A stretch of DNA of 63,916 nt, the filler included, from Phoronis australis (lineage: Eukaryota > Animalia > Phoronida), in assembly GCA_002633005.1 (NCBI GenBank). It is 8 parts of 8 records of this genome, joined end to end, with 100 filler letters (N's around TTAATTAATTAA, not from the genome) between each part and the next. Parts side by side here need not be neighbours in the genome. Positions count along the whole stretch, not along the records: positions 1 to 20,808 come from NMRA01000756.1; 7 more parts are not named here. One strand, written 5' to 3'. Positions 1-14,900 of this stretch are shown here, in pieces; position 1 is the first letter of the stretch; each line of letters starts with the position of its first letter. Below the pieces are notes generated by a model that saw only the letters and a list, made by a program, of their open reading frames with translations, searched no databases and was not told the DNA's origin. Both the position numbers and the translations under genes were made by a program.

Positions 1-940
1 AGAATATCTCCATCACAGTACATATTGTTGGGAAACTGGTTCACCTTCTAGCAGAATTGACTAATTCCAAAAGCGGGACCTGCTGTTTCACTAAGCTTGC
101 CTTATAAACATGTACACAGAGAAATGACAGACCCACTCCATCATGGGGAGATTTACACCGTGACAGGGGCAAAAGTAGCCAATTTTCGTTAACCGAATAT
201 GTGAATGCACCCTTCATGAGGTAAAAACACTACATTTGAATAAGAGACTGTTTGTTGATTTACGGTCTTGGAAGTTATTTCTGAGAAGAAATGAAGATTT
301 TCTTTGCATGATGGACCTGGATAAGTCGAGCTTAGTTGGTTTAATAGTGTTTTATGGGTCTGAAAAGTGTGGTGAAGTCTTGTGGCTTTAATAATTTTTA
401 AATCTAAGAAGTACTTCTTGGCAAGGTCATCTTGAGTTTCATGTGGAAACATTTTCATTACCAATAATCAACAGGAACGTGATTAATTTTTCAGTGTCTG
501 AAGTCAAGTAACTTTAGCGCACCTGCTGACCTCTGGAGTTATAGTGGCCTCTAGTCAAACTATACAACGATGAAAATCTGCTACTTCTCCAAAACATTTC
601 TCGTAACTGAAATTTGTTGTAATGAAATCAACTTGTATACAGCACAGTTGAGTTAGGACTTGTGCGATAGAATGTTATAACTGAGTGAGCATTATGAACT
701 AAGCATGTGTACTGCACTTTGAATGTACGTAATGCTCAAATCTCTTCATTCCCAGGAAGACATATTGTCCTTGTGGAACAGGACATCGTCAGACAGTATG
801 ATCACATCACGAATACGAGACACATTAAAGCGAGTGCTTAACTTACCACCCAACACTATAATGGAATACAAGATGCACCAAGACAGTCTCAAGTGAGTCT
901 TGTATAGCTGCGTGTGGTCACTAGACACTGGTCTATACCC
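1..940 (-). CDS. Possible exons of an unidentified gene (about 847-938, 263-358, 2-48)
   Basis: Short open segments bounded by AG/GT: YRPVSSDHTQLYKTHLRLSWCILYSIIVLG; THKTLLNQLSSTYPGPSCKENLHFFSEITSKT; KVNQFPNNMYCDGDI. No family recognised. Confidence 0.2.
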
Positions 941-1784
941 TGCTGAACCGTAGGAAAGGGTTTAGGTAAACCCTTTGGTTGGTTTTAAGTTACTGTAAAG
1001 TATGTTTATGAAACATGCTGTGTGTTATAAAAGTTTCTGTAATCGATGGTCCCAACCTGCAAGGTTTTTCGTCCACTAAAATTTACTTTTCTACAGGTAT
1101 GCTCTAATAGTTTTCAATTAAATGTATTGGGCGAGACGATGTTTACTGGGTGGTGGTGCTAAAGACAGGACCTTCTTTTTAACATTTAACTATACAAAGA
1201 GAAGAAAGCAGTTTATCAGTATAGAAACATTTGAGGGATAAGGGGACCATGTGACTCCCCAAATGCATGCATCATTAGGTTAGGTCCCTTGGTACACTAA
1301 TGCCACCTAGTGGCAACAGAGTCACCCATTGTTTTGAAGCAATGTGATATGCAGGTTCATTGCTAGGACACCTTTCTTTCTTAGGTTTGTTAATGCTTGA
1401 AGAAAAATCTTTTTTTTTTCAGAGACAATTCAAGTTTCCGAAATACAGATGTATTTATGAGGTGATCCAGTCAAACCACCAGGCTATATGGATGCACTGT
1501 AAACAGGCTAAATCAAGAATGATGTTGAATAGCAAAACAGCCCGATACCAACATTTCTGGATGATAGGGCATTTTGTTGAAAACAAGTCACCATGTTTTA
1601 TCCTGGTGTTGGTATTATTACATGTACTTCATATTTGGTCAACAGGGTTTGACATAATGACTGCCGAGTCGACTTTTTACTTGGATTTTGCAATTTCCAC
1701 ATGAAAAATCTATCAATCAACATAACGACTAAAATTGAACTTGGTGAACCTGGTTTGGGTTAAAACGTATTCTTTGCTAGTCAT

Positions 1785-2280
1785 CAGGGCTTGGAATTTT
1801 CCGCGGAAACGTGGATTTCCGCTTTTTTCAAATGTTCTGTCCGCGCATTTTATTATATTTCCGCGTAAAAAAAATCGGATTTGATATAAAATTTCCGCGG
1901 CAAATTCCTTTCTTACCGCAGCGTTGCAGACGACGTTCACCTCGAAAAGCGGAAGTTGCTCTTTATGTTTTGGAGGAATGTAAATTGTCAACATTGCCAG
2001 GGCATCTGGGATAGCGTGGTGGTATTTTCAATGGCGTCTCGTGTTATTGCAAACCGCGGCGACAAATACTACGGCTCTGCAGCCAAAAATGTGTGGGTTG
2101 GGAGTGGACGGACGAGCTAAAAGGACGCAGACGCATGCTAGTGATGGTGGTAACGGTTTTTTTTGTTAGTCACGATATTTGTCGGGGAAAGGTTCACATC
2201 GACCATTTCAAGGCTGGGTAGCGTGCACGATTTGGGCCGTAAGTTTCCGTGTTTTTTGTCATTGGTCATTCCAAGCCCCG
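1785..2280. mobile_element. Non-autonomous hAT-like element (MITE) with a 6-bp TSD
   Basis: TIRs CAGGGCTTGGAAT and ATTCCAAGCCCCG; direct repeat AGTCAT at 1779-1784 and 2281-2286. Confidence 0.8.
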
Positions 2281-2982
2281 AGTCATTATAAATGAGCAAA
2301 CTTTCGAGAAATCCACTGAAAATTTGATTACAGTGACCCTAGTGGTGATTTCAGGTGAAAATTGTTGACCTTGTATCATAGTTTGGTCAAATCTTACTAC
2401 TCCACCTAGAGGTCAATCATCTCTACAGTCAAACAGGTGACCATATTCCAAGAATGTCTTGAGACTATATGAATTATAAAACTGACCCGAAACTATTTCT
2501 GAAATAAATTCATTCATCACTGATAGTTAGCGTTCGTGTATTTTCATTAGTAAAATATTCAGCATAAACAATCATTGCACAATCCTGATACAGAATGCTG
2601 ACCTTAGCCAACCAGCTTGTTATCTGTTTATGAATAATCATCAAAACACACATGGGAATCCATGAAGGTTAACAAGCAGCAAAGGAAGCGAAGTTTGCTT
2701 TTTCAGCTTGCCACAACTCCATTTGTGGTGCTGTTGTCATAAAACACATCAAAATGTAGCACACCCAGTCGTGTGTGAGTTTTGCAACTCCAACATTCAA
2801 ATGACATCTACTTTATCCGTTACAACCTTTAGAAGATTGAACACAAGCTGATGAATGGTGCATCACATCATTCAAAAGCTGTACATTTGTGTATACCCAG
2901 GTTCTGCTAACTGTGGATGTGACTACTAAGTTCCAGATCACCATTCTTTAGTGGTTCATTCATTCAACGTGATGCTATCAAC

Positions 2983-5900
2983 TTAAGCCTTTTCTGCAGA
3001 GAAGAAATCCCTCTTGACAATATATCGAACACATTGTAGAATTACATTTCTCTCGTGTCGCATTTCTGATGCCAGGAGCTGGAAAAAAATCACGACTTGT
3101 GTTGATTACAAACCATTTAGTGCTTTGTAGAGTCTATGAAGATTTGCAATTGTAGTGGCTTCTGAGAGTGAGCAGACAATATGTTCTACGAAGAATTTCA
3201 AAAAATACAGCACAAGACCATTTAAAGAAGACACTAAAATGATCACCAAGTAGTACATCAAGAGAGTGCATAATGCCCAAAAGTACCAGGGAAAAAATAA
3301 AACAGCATTCGGAACTCAAGCACAACTTAATATTTTCTGAAGTCTGATTGGACTTGAGTTCTCAATAGAATGTTGGGATCAGTAAAGATGCATGCAAAAC
3401 TGACATTTCTGCTTCACATAGCTGTGACTTCAAGGAAGGTGACAATAAACGTCTTAATTAACATAAAAAAAACATGTTGGAAAGTAAATCATTGTCAGTG
3501 CTTACAGACAATCACAGGAGATAATAGATACTAGAAGTCTGAGATTGAAAAGAGCTGGGNGGGGGGGGGGGGGGGGCATCCGGGCAAATCACTGCATGGC
3601 GAGTCATAGCCAGAGCTGTAGTCTAATTCATGTGATACTGTTTGGAGTGACGTGAATGCTTTCAATTCGAGAATGTGCAGAGACGACATGTGAACAGTGC
3701 GTATTGTGCATGGCCAAAATCAATTACATGCTGAGTGCGCAACGCGTGGCGACGGATGGCAATGTTGTTATGTGTTTTATTTCCGACAATTGCATGACAC
3801 TGCAGAATGGTGTTTCACACTTCAATTCAGACAGTCTTGACTTGTACATAACTCAGGCATTGAGTGTACAGACTTCGTCATCTGGCTTCTCCTGTAATTC
3901 TGTATATCAACAGTCAACACTGGCAATGATTTCAGTTCTCACCAAAACAAGTGTGCACATGTTTATGTAAATATGTTTATTAATTTTGCATTCATCATCA
4001 CCTTCTTGTTGACATTTAACCTAAAATGCCAGTTAAATGACTTCATAATAAGATTGTGTAATGTGCAGACATACAATTTAACTTGCACTTTCTTCTGGAA
4101 AAAGACACAAGAGATAAACAAATGAACCAGTAGGCCTAGTACCTTTTGCAGAAGTGTGGGCTTTCGAACACTCTGCTTGGTTTCCCTCTCGTTGTTCTTT
4201 TTTTTCCTCTTTCGATGTCTAAGAGGTAGTTGCCTGTTTTTGCTGGCTAAATAGTTTGTTTCCCTACCAATAGGGGCATCTACGTCAGCTGTAACTGGAA
4301 AAGAAGTGGATGAAAGATGAAACACTACCTCCTTTTCTGACCAATAGGTCAATTTTTTAATATTTTTTGTAATGTTTTCTTGAATGTAAATAAAATAATT
4401 ATTATTGATTTTAACAAGGTCAATAAGCTGTTTTTCCGACCAAAAATGTGGTAACATATTTTCGGGGTCGGAAAACCAACATATTGACTGAATGCAAAGT
4501 CAATAACAGTATTATCTAGATGATTGCAACCGCTTAGTAATTCGTGGAAGGAGGCTATGCTTGGGGTTTTGACTGCATGTCTATCAGTCGTTTTGCAATT
4601 TTGAAAAACTTCCAGGAGATTCTTGCTATGGATAATTATATTTTGATAAAAACATGTTTTGTGGTTATCTAAAAGCAAAACAATCTGCATATGCATCACT
4701 TGGTGGTTTGTATTTACGTTCATTTAAAAACAATGTGCATATGCATCACTTGGTGGTTTGTATTTACGTTCATTTAAAAACAATGTGCATATGCATCACT
4801 TGGTGGTTTGTATTTACGTTCATTTAAAAACAAATGTGACGTCAGAATGCGGACGAAATAATGAGGCGGCTTTCAAGCTTGACGACTCAGTGGATTGCGA
4901 ACAAGAGAATACAGGGATCTCAAAAGATTTGCATTTTTTCACAAAAATTTTAAAAAGAATTCACATCACATTGCCATAACAGCAGTCACAACGAAGGTAT
5001 GAGTGGAGATTTAACTCATTCGACCCTGAGCACCATATGGAATAAATTGCTTAGTGGCCTGGCTGAGCTGTGGAATGTCTACCCCCTTGAAGTCGGAGGG
5101 TATTTCACTCAGAACTAGGTCACAAGCACTGCACATTATTAAAATCTCATCACTCAGTCATTAGTAAACATATACTTACCAAATTTTCAGCAATACATCT
5201 TGAGTAAATGTGCTTCATGTTGATATAAAATTCATCCAAGTTCAATATCGATAAAGGGTTGAACAAGTAGTTTTACTTTTTGTTTTCCAGAAACAAAGAC
5301 ATTTGTTTACAAACAATCGATTTAAATTTCCAGAAAACATGTCAAGAAAGATTTCCGTGTAGCATATCCTCATCATAAACTAGATCACTGAAATCTGTTG
5401 TCTAAATCTGACCACTCAGTGCTATAAGTATCCACACTGTCATATCCATAATCACTGAAGTCTATATCTAAATGTGACCACTGTCATCAGTATCCACACT
5501 ATCCTCCATAATAAAAACTTCAAGAACTGCGAGAGAGCAGCAGAGATGATGTCCGTATAATATCAAGGCAGCAATTTCAAGTGAGTGTGTGCACAGTGCT
5601 AGTCACAGAGTAGAATGTTCCTAGTAATTGAACATTTTATTATTGTTTCTGGTCAGTTCAAATAAAATAAACAGGAGCACCCTAGCAGATGATTAAGTGG
5701 TGACAGCAGTGTTATGTAACACCAATTAGGCTACAATTCAGGGCAATAAGCTTCATTCTAGTCTTTAAATCAAACAAACATACTATATTTCAGGGAGGAA
5801 TATCTCTATAACCTTTCAAAAGTTATCACAACAACCACTACAAAGCTAACACGCTTCCTGGTTTTTCCTTGAATTGATAATTTGCTTGTGAAGAAATGGT

Positions 5901-8900
5901 TCTAAATTCCAGAAATAATAGCTAATAGGCATTAACTTCACAAACAAGAAGTTAACATAGAGTATGGTGTCTCAATCCTCATTGGATAGAAAACTGGGAA
6001 TACCCTAGATATATTTAAACTTAAACCAATAAATTGCTGCCTTCTATCCCTCCTGAAAGCGTGATCCGCCTGTGAGATACATTGTTTAGATAACGCCTCC
6101 AGAGGGCATCAGGCCCTGAGTGAAAGTAAACAGTCACGCCATGAGGCAGGATGAGGGAGGAATGAGTTAATGGTTCTTATATGAGTTTATAACTTCATAA
6201 TTTGACCAAATTATATAAAACCCCCTTCATCCTTGATACTGCATTTTAGGCAAGTTTTAAAATCCTTGGTAACTCACTCATCTTGTGATCTGGTATTTTG
6301 TATCCCAGTAAAGACTTTAAATTTTCCGAGATTCACATTTTTCAAACAAATCGTGGGAAAAGATAAAGATTTACCTTTTGTATTACTTTTCCTGACGTCT
6401 CCTGGAGTAGTAACCACATTTGATTGGACGACGTCATCAGCTTCTTCATCTGAAGAGCCGTAACATGCTGCTAAAGATGCAAGGCCAGAAGACAGAGAAA
6501 TCGGAGGGTTTTTATCCTCGGGAGCCTCATCATCAGAGCCTAAAACATCATGTTATTACTATGCAGACTAATTGAGTTTTTATGTCTACTCATTACTGAT
6601 AAGAAATTTCCGGCAAATCTTTTCTACGAGTGCCAAAAACCTGTTTGGAACTTAATGTCAAGATGGACACTTTTTCATGGTCTTTTTGACACGGAGCTTG
6701 GAATGACTAATGATAAAAAAGAAGAATTTTCAGGTGATGATCATTCCACAAATAAATAGGGTAGTGTCATAAAATTGTGTTGTAAAATTTGACTGAAATA
6801 AATGTTTGTGCATGAATAAAGTCAAAGTAATGATAGAAAAAGAGACAAAAAGAAAAAACTGTAAATCAAAAGAGGAAATTGAAACCAAAAAAGAGGTATT
6901 CCTCTTAAAAGAGGAAAATTCCAAGCCCTGTTGACAGTCAAGCTCTTAGGCTCAATTGTGTTACAAAAATAATCCCTGACATGCTTTCAAAGCTAATCAA
7001 ATGCAACCTCTGTGAAAGACTATATTTCAGGAAAAAAAACATTGTCAAATGACTGGAAATGTCCGGTCACAATTTTTTCTCAGTCTGTTATCACGAAGGG
7101 TATTGAAAATATATGGTTTCTTGGGCTGAAAATTGCTTTCTAAAATATTTCCATAAAGATGGTCCTCGGTAATGATAAACAGTTACACTGAGGTTAAGTC
7201 TTATTATAGCCCACTCAAACAAAAATTACCACTTTCACAAACTTACCACTTCCTGCCTGAGTAAGTAGCAAGGATAATGGGTCTGCTTCTGGATCTGTTG
7301 TATGGTGTGTACTAAGCTTCGACACGTTCACAGAAATCTGGGAGAATAAAATGAAATACATGACGAGTAAACTGTGAATAGTGTCGACTATTTTGGGCAT
7401 TACATGGATCTGCTGGTGATAAGTAGGTCACACAAACACTTAAATTGTACACAAAAAAAAATAATTCAGCGTGGTGGGAATGAATTAACCCGACGTTAAA
7501 CTTAGCAGAAAAAAATAGCAAAAAAAATCTTTCTAAGATACAGTGAGACAAGTGAAAACGTGACACTGTCAGAATGAAAGTGCCCTAACCAACTCACAGG
7601 ATTATCTTGTTCAGCTGTGCCTTGGTCTGTCGCAGACTGTTTTCCAATCACATTTGACTGATTCTGATGAGATTTAGACAAGTGTTTATTATTTTGCTTC
7701 CTATCCTTAAACTTGAATCTACCTTTCTTGTCCAACCTCCTGTAAAACATGAGCGATCAGCTGCCTTTTGGTCAACAATAGCTTCAAATTCACAAGAGAA
7801 CACTATCGAAGGCTTGCCAAAAGTATAAAATTACTTTTATGAGATGAGACAAAATAACACCATTTCTGAGCCTAAGGTTGCTTTTTACATTGGGCAAAAT
7901 TTCCGTATACACAGACTTTTTGTGGGCTAAAAGGAAACCTGTCAAGGGCTTGAAAATTGTCTGAAAAATATACTTTAAAGCAGTAAAAAAAATGTTTAGG
8001 TAGAAAACCAATTGACAAAAATATAGTGAAACCAGCAACACAGAGCGTTGAAATGAGCCCACGAATGCATTGCAAATGGTGTGCTTTTAGGGTTATTTAT
8101 TTGTATCATAAAATGGCCACTAGATGGTGCAAAAACATACAATCCATCTAAAAACAGAAACATGCCATATTTCATAAAAATCTGTCAAGGAACTTCAAAG
8201 AAACAAAGGAAAACAGAATAAAATGAAATTGCCACTAGTGGGCACAGTGTCCGATGGATCTGCCTGAAAGTCACCGTCGTTAGTGGTCAACATCATAATA
8301 ATATATAAATACACTTGCTAAATTAAGATCCCGCAAACAGTTTAGGAGATACAGCCACGAGTGCAAAAAATGCCACTAGGAGGCGCCCCAGTAATAGAAA
8401 AACGTCGGAAAATCATCGTCAGCCGTCCACTTCATAGTAAAAGCATACATGCCAATTTTCACAATTATCCTGAAAACAGTTTGGTTGATAGATGAGTGGA
8501 CGCCAAAAAACACGAAAAACAGTAAAAATGGCCACTAGGTGGTACAAACTAGATCAAATTCATCTGAAAATGGAGAGATAGCGACACCTCATTAATAGAT
8601 GCCATTGCCTATATGCCAAATTTCATGAAATATGATGAAGACATTTGAAGATAGAGGTAAACGTAAAAAAAAAAATAAAATTGCCACTAAGTGGCACACC
8701 AGTAGTCAGATCTGTCTGAAAGTCGTCGTCGTCCGTTGTTAACATCATATAAATATACTACTTATTTCGTAACAATCCTGCGAACGGTTTAGGAGATACA
8801 GCCATAGGCGCAAAAAAGCTGCCACTAGGAGGCGCCTCTGTAGTCAAAATCGTTGGAAAATCATCGTCAACTGTCCTCTTCATAGTAAGAACACACATGC

Positions 8901-11900
8901 CAATTTTCACAATCATCCTTTAAGAGGTTTGGTTGATAGAGGGGTGGACACAAATAAACAGACTCGAAAACAGTAAAAATGGCCACTAGGTGGCGCAAAC
9001 TATGTCAATTTCATCTGAAAACAGGAGGATAGTGTCATCTCACTAATAGGTGCCTACATACTAAATTTCATGAAAATCCGTTAAGGAATTTTAAAAGTAC
9101 AAAGGTAAGCGTAAAAAACTAAAATTGCCACTAGGGGGCACATCGGTAGTTGGATCCATCTGAACGTTCGCTCATGCTATCCTATTCATGAACGGAACAT
9201 ATGTGCCAAATTTCATGAATGTATGTCAAAGGGTTTTGGAGACAGAGCAGCGGAAGCCCCAAGGACTGACGCCGCACGGACGGACGGACGGACGAACGGA
9301 GATGACTGCATTATGTGTCCACATATAAATATGTGGGCACATAAAAATGATTTGATACATACAATGCTTTGCAAATGGCAAACGCAGACACTAAATTTGT
9401 TAAAAAATCATAAAGGCATGCACGTTATTACACAAAACTAGATTCTTAACGCACAAAACCATGAAGAGCAAACTGGGTGTTCGTTCAGTAACGCTAGGAC
9501 CTACGCTAGGACCTAGCTAAAATCTAACCAAAGTCACGTGTTCTCATTCAAAATACACTGCGATATCTCACGTAATCCTGCGAAGTCTTGCTTTTTAGCG
9601 AGGTCCTAGCATTACTGAACGGGAGGCAGGTTCCCTCAGACAGTCAAACTTACATAAGTCAGATTCAAATGGACTGAGAGTGACTTACCAGAGTAAGCCA
9701 AAATCGGACTTCTATGAAGGACCAAGTACATGAACTACTGACAGAAAACGTACAACGAACCTTTTATAGTCCAACTTCAGCGAAAATCCGATATCCACAT
9801 GTCCCACTTCCGCCAGTTTTACTCTGTACTTTAAAAGTGACAATGTACGTACCTCTGTGATCATTATATCAACTGAATCCTAAATTCTAAACTGTTAAGA
9901 AAACTTTGCTGACTTACTGAATGTCTTTCGTTTCTAGAACCTCTCCACGTTCTGCCCTTTGTTTCTGAGCAGCTTTCTTTGCAGCAATGTTTGCAGCAGT
10001 AGGGAAATTTCTGCAAAATGTTTGAACAACTAAATATCATCATTCAATGACCTTTATTTTTATCTCTATTAGTAGGAGCAAAAGAAGATGAGCTTCTTGT
10101 TGGCAAATTGTTCAACAGTAAATTATTTAAAAGGGTGCCAGACCCAGTTTTGGCCTATTGACAGATACTATAAATGACTTTGCCATCCAGTTCTATGAAA
10201 CAAAATAATGCTATGTAACCCTCAAAAACCTCCAAAAGTTTGGAAGAAATTTTGAAAGCTCCTTTCAGTCTCCTAACAGGAAAGTGTGACAGACGCTTTT
10301 AGCAAATTACATGGCAACTGTGGAAAAAGACAACCCATCAAGGACCATAATGTCCAATCTGTGACATAAGGGAGTGCGAGTTTTGGTCGATTCCTGCCTT
10401 TAACTCGTATGATTGGTGTCAATGATGTATTAGTAGGTGACACAAGGAGGACTGGTGGAAATCATCAAAACAGGCTTTAGTATCTTTATAAGATTGAGTA
10501 TCAGAAAGTTCAGTTATTCAGCCTTTGAAACCAACTGCAGGAGTAAGAATTGACCAGTTTTGGGTACATGCTCTCTCAATTCAAACAATACAAGGATTGT
10601 GACTATTAGATTTAAATATCTGGTCAGATTGAGCAGCAAGTGCACACTTGAAAATTATAATAATAATGGTGACTTGCATTACCAATATCAAACATTGTTT
10701 CAGTATGTTCCAAACACCAGCTGCAGCTAAAAACGACATGTCCAACATGACAAAATGTTGTTTATTTCATTATGCAAAGAAGCATCCTCTTGTCTTCAAC
10801 ATTATGATGCTCATGAGTTCAAGGTCAAGGTCAAGGTCTACAACTGTTTTGAACACGGGATATTCATTTCAGACACACGTTTTCACACCTTTTTCGATCT
10901 TCAATCCATTTTTTAACATCTTCACTGGATTCCAAACTCCAAATCTTCTTAGCCATTCCTGTCCTGTGTTGCTAAAAGAACAAAGCACTCCGATATCAAC
11001 ATAGAAACCAAACACTGCAATCATTTATCCTAGGCCCTTCTTGAAAACACATCACTTGTCAAGCAATTAGAAATCGAAAACAACACACCAAACTGAAGAC
11101 CCAACAACTGTCTGATATTAGTGTTTTGTTAATTGTCAACATTTTCAATTTTTATTTTTACATGGTAGCTAGTTTTGCTCTGGCATTAATCCAACAAGTG
11201 TTCCAATTAAGAGTGTTCTATTGGTCAGGCACGAAATCTTTTCTCAAGCAATGCAATAGCTTTCTTACTTACATATTTCTTTTCTCATAAGAACTGCATT
11301 TGTAGTTCTTTTCAATCTTTAACTGGAGTATGAGCAAAAGGAGAACAAAATGTGAGAAAGGGAGAACACCTCATTATAAAAATTGGTTCACTGAGTATGA
11401 GATGAGGAAGACAGGCTACCCAAGCTATCTGAACAAAATGGCGGTGACACCCATAAACATAGTTCCCCACCTATGAACACAGCTCATGGTCTCAATAAAC
11501 TCAGTTCACTAACACAACTCAACAATGGCCAAACACGGTGTCAGACTCACAGAACATGGCTTATGCATCCAAAGGAAACACTTGCATTATGAACACAACT
11601 CAATGACTGCCCATAATGCACTGTGCTCACTGACTGCCCATAATGCACTGTGCTCACTGTGCCCAAAATGCACTGCGCTCACTGACTACCCATAATGCAC
11701 TGTGCTCAGACTGCCCATAATGCACTGTGCTCACTGACTGCCCATAGCGCACTGTGCACACTATCTGCCCATTAATACACTGTGTTTATGAATCCAGACT
11801 CAGGTATGTAATCTGTATGGTGTGAGTTCAATACTGTGTTTATGAGTCAGGAACTATGAGAGTGTGAGCCTTACAATACAGGGAGCCTACTACACACTTA

Positions 11901-14900
11901 TGGAAAGTTAACAAATCACATTACTACAATATGTTTGAATTTATATAATGTAAAATCCTAGAAAAATGTCTAAAGTTGGCTAACTTCGAAACATCATATC
12001 TCAGAGATGACTAATCGGATTCATCTGAAATTTTCAGAGACCACACTTTATGCACTATTCTCCAAAACACTGTTGGGAATAAATTTGCACGAGTGCCTAT
12101 CAAAAATAGGACTTTTATGAGTTTTATAAAAAAATCAAACGTTGAGTGAAACAAAAATAAATTATTTTGAAAATTGCAACAGCACTTTTGATTCCACATA
12201 AAAATTGGAACACAGGCTTGTTTTTTTGGGAGATTCGGAGGGAGGCTGGCCAGTTCTGTACTGGGCTTTAGCCCTGGTAACGTTAGTCGGTCGTCTAAAT
12301 AACCTGGGTGACATCACTCCGTCGGCTTAATTTTATTCACTCCCATCAGCATCCATTGCAAAATATCTACTTCTTTGGACCTGTCAGCACCAAACATGAT
12401 ACTCGGCTTCACGACAATCATCGCCCATGTTTCGCCACATTTCGCCCGTGTTTTGTCACAAGAAAATCCGTGCACTCTTTGTTTCTTTTTATTTCTTTCT
12501 ACGTGATGTTACACGGGCACACAAGAATGTTTACAAACCATTCGTTACGCCTTAGTAAGAGACTTGACTGTTTACAAACAAACAAACAAACAAACAAAGC
12601 CAATGTCACATTGGTGACCACGTGGGACAAGGAAAGATCAGTGGCAAAATTGTAATTACGATAAAACATTGCATACAAAGAAGCCTTATAAAACATTACA
12701 ATTTTTTTTCTTCACAATTAATCGTCGTGAGACCTGAGTACTGCATTTGAACATAATGGTGTGTGATATTGTGCCAAAGTATGTAGAAACGTTTGCATAC
12801 CTAGGCCAAGCCACAATGGGCTTGCCACTCGTAGCATGAAAATTCATTGTCTCACAACCTTATGTTCTTCTTTGTTGAGAAGAATATTACTGATGAATGG
12901 AAATTTATGATGAAACATTTGTAAATACACTGAGACTATTTTGTGTACAAATGCTACTTAAGACATGTAATTTTGTTGTAAAAAGGCATTTAAGCTCTCT
13001 TTGTTGCACTGTTGAAGACGTGTCACAATGTTGCATAGACGTATCACAATGTTGCATAGACGTGTCACAATGTTGCATAGACGTGTCACAATGTTGCATA
13101 GACGTGTCACAATGTTGTATAGACGTGTCACGTTGCATAGACGTGTCACAATGTCATCCCCTTATGTAAATTTATGATTACAAACGGGTTTCATTAAGTC
13201 AGTCCTGAGTGGTGCAATTGTACACAATGGTGTGTACAATGTATTATTGTACCTCACACTTTCATTCTATTTATTGCTGAGAATTGTTTACATGACTCAG
13301 GGCTCAACATTAACTTTTTGAGTAGTTGAAATTTTTACTTGCCCGAACAACAAACTCACTTGCCCCAAGTACAATCTCAAACAGCACCATGCATGCGCAC
13401 ACCTAGGTAATGAGTTACCATAGGGCTGTCTGTGCTGAGCCTCAGTCTAGTGGTGTGTAGGCCATATACTTGAGTTGCTATTTTTTAACGATTTTTCTTC
13501 TAACCATGCAGTTTCTGTCTCTTGTTTTTCAACTTCGTCTCAGTCCCTATTGCCTGTCAGTTGTAAGTTGCATTGTGTACTATAATCCAGATATTTCATG
13601 CACTGTGCTAAAATAGCTCCAAGGCCATGAAAATGCTGCATATTTTACTGCTTAGGCCAACTACATAATACCCAGCATCTGCACAACTGGAGAAGCAGCA
13701 CTAACAGAGGCTGAGAAAATAAACTGCAATAAGACGGTGAAATTTCTCATTATTTTATTTCTTCACTTAGTGTGAAAACAGTTAGTCTAGTAGTAACGTT
13801 TTTCATTTCATGAAACCTCATAGAGTCATTCAAACATAACTTCTTAGCCTGAAACATTTTCTGAGTCAGTTCTCAAAGGGGTTAAAATGCAGCCAGTCTG
13901 GTTTAAGTCAGCAAAAACAAGTGCCTGGGTCATTTTAACCAACGTCAGTCAGAAGTTAATTTTGCAAATTATTCAGATCTCCTTCCTCTTCTTCGTCTGG
14001 AGCAAGATTGTCTTCCAGCTGGAACACAGGCCGTCTTTGTCTTCTGTCTTTCGTCCACCACAAATGGACAGCCCATGTGGCGTCATACGCTTCCAGATCT
14101 GGACCCTCAACAGACACAAAGAGAAGGGTGTTCATTTGGTCCGTAGTTAGTGACGCCCTCCAGTCGCTTTTAATTCTCTTTATCGCAGAGAAACCCCTCT
14201 CGCAAATGGCACTTGACACAGGTAATGTCAAGACCACTTGCACCAACTTCAGGACATTCTTTAGAACCTCTGGGTGACTTCTGAAGAACTGGTTTACCTT
14301 AGGTCGAGGATTCTGATGAAGCCTGCAAGACAACAAAAATACAAAACATCATTGAACTCATGAAATAATGAACTGTCAAGAGTTCAAAATAAATAAATAA
14401 ACAGAGGCACTTATAGTTCAAGAATACCTGGCTCCAACAATGGCTTTCATCTGTTTCCATTCTTGTTTCACTACGTCATGGTGAGGGAGAAGCTCACCAA
14501 AGTGGTTTAATAGGTAGGTGACGCTGGCATTCCCATAAGAAAATAGCTGCTCTCTGCTATCGGGCCATTCACCAGTGTCGAAGATTCTGGCATGACTGAA
14601 CACTTCCTGCTGGTTTTCCATTCGGGAAGTCATGCGATCTTGAACAGCAATCACAAGGGTCTGCATGTCATCATATTGATGTAAGTTGTCAGGTACAAAG
14701 TGCAGATGAGTGCCTCTGTAAGTTCCACCCTGATTTTCTACCTCTGACAGGAAGTTGCTAAGCTGTTGTCCAGGACCAATTGACAACTCGACTAATTCCA
14801 ATGAAGCAGTCTCATACACATCCAGAAAGTCAACACAGGTGACTTCGCTTTTCTGTAAGCCTAGACTCAATCTTGCGACAATGTCCAAGACATCTTGCAT

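Noticed and set aside
1713-1994. ORF MLTIYIPPKH... as the first exon of a host gene
   Set aside because: It starts inside the TSD-flanked MITE at 1785-2280 and has no recognisable domain.
13017-13153. CRISPR-like arrays (also 4677-4833, 11604-11785, 53239-53532)
   Set aside because: Head-to-tail units with no unique spacers and no cas genes; these are eukaryotic minisatellites.
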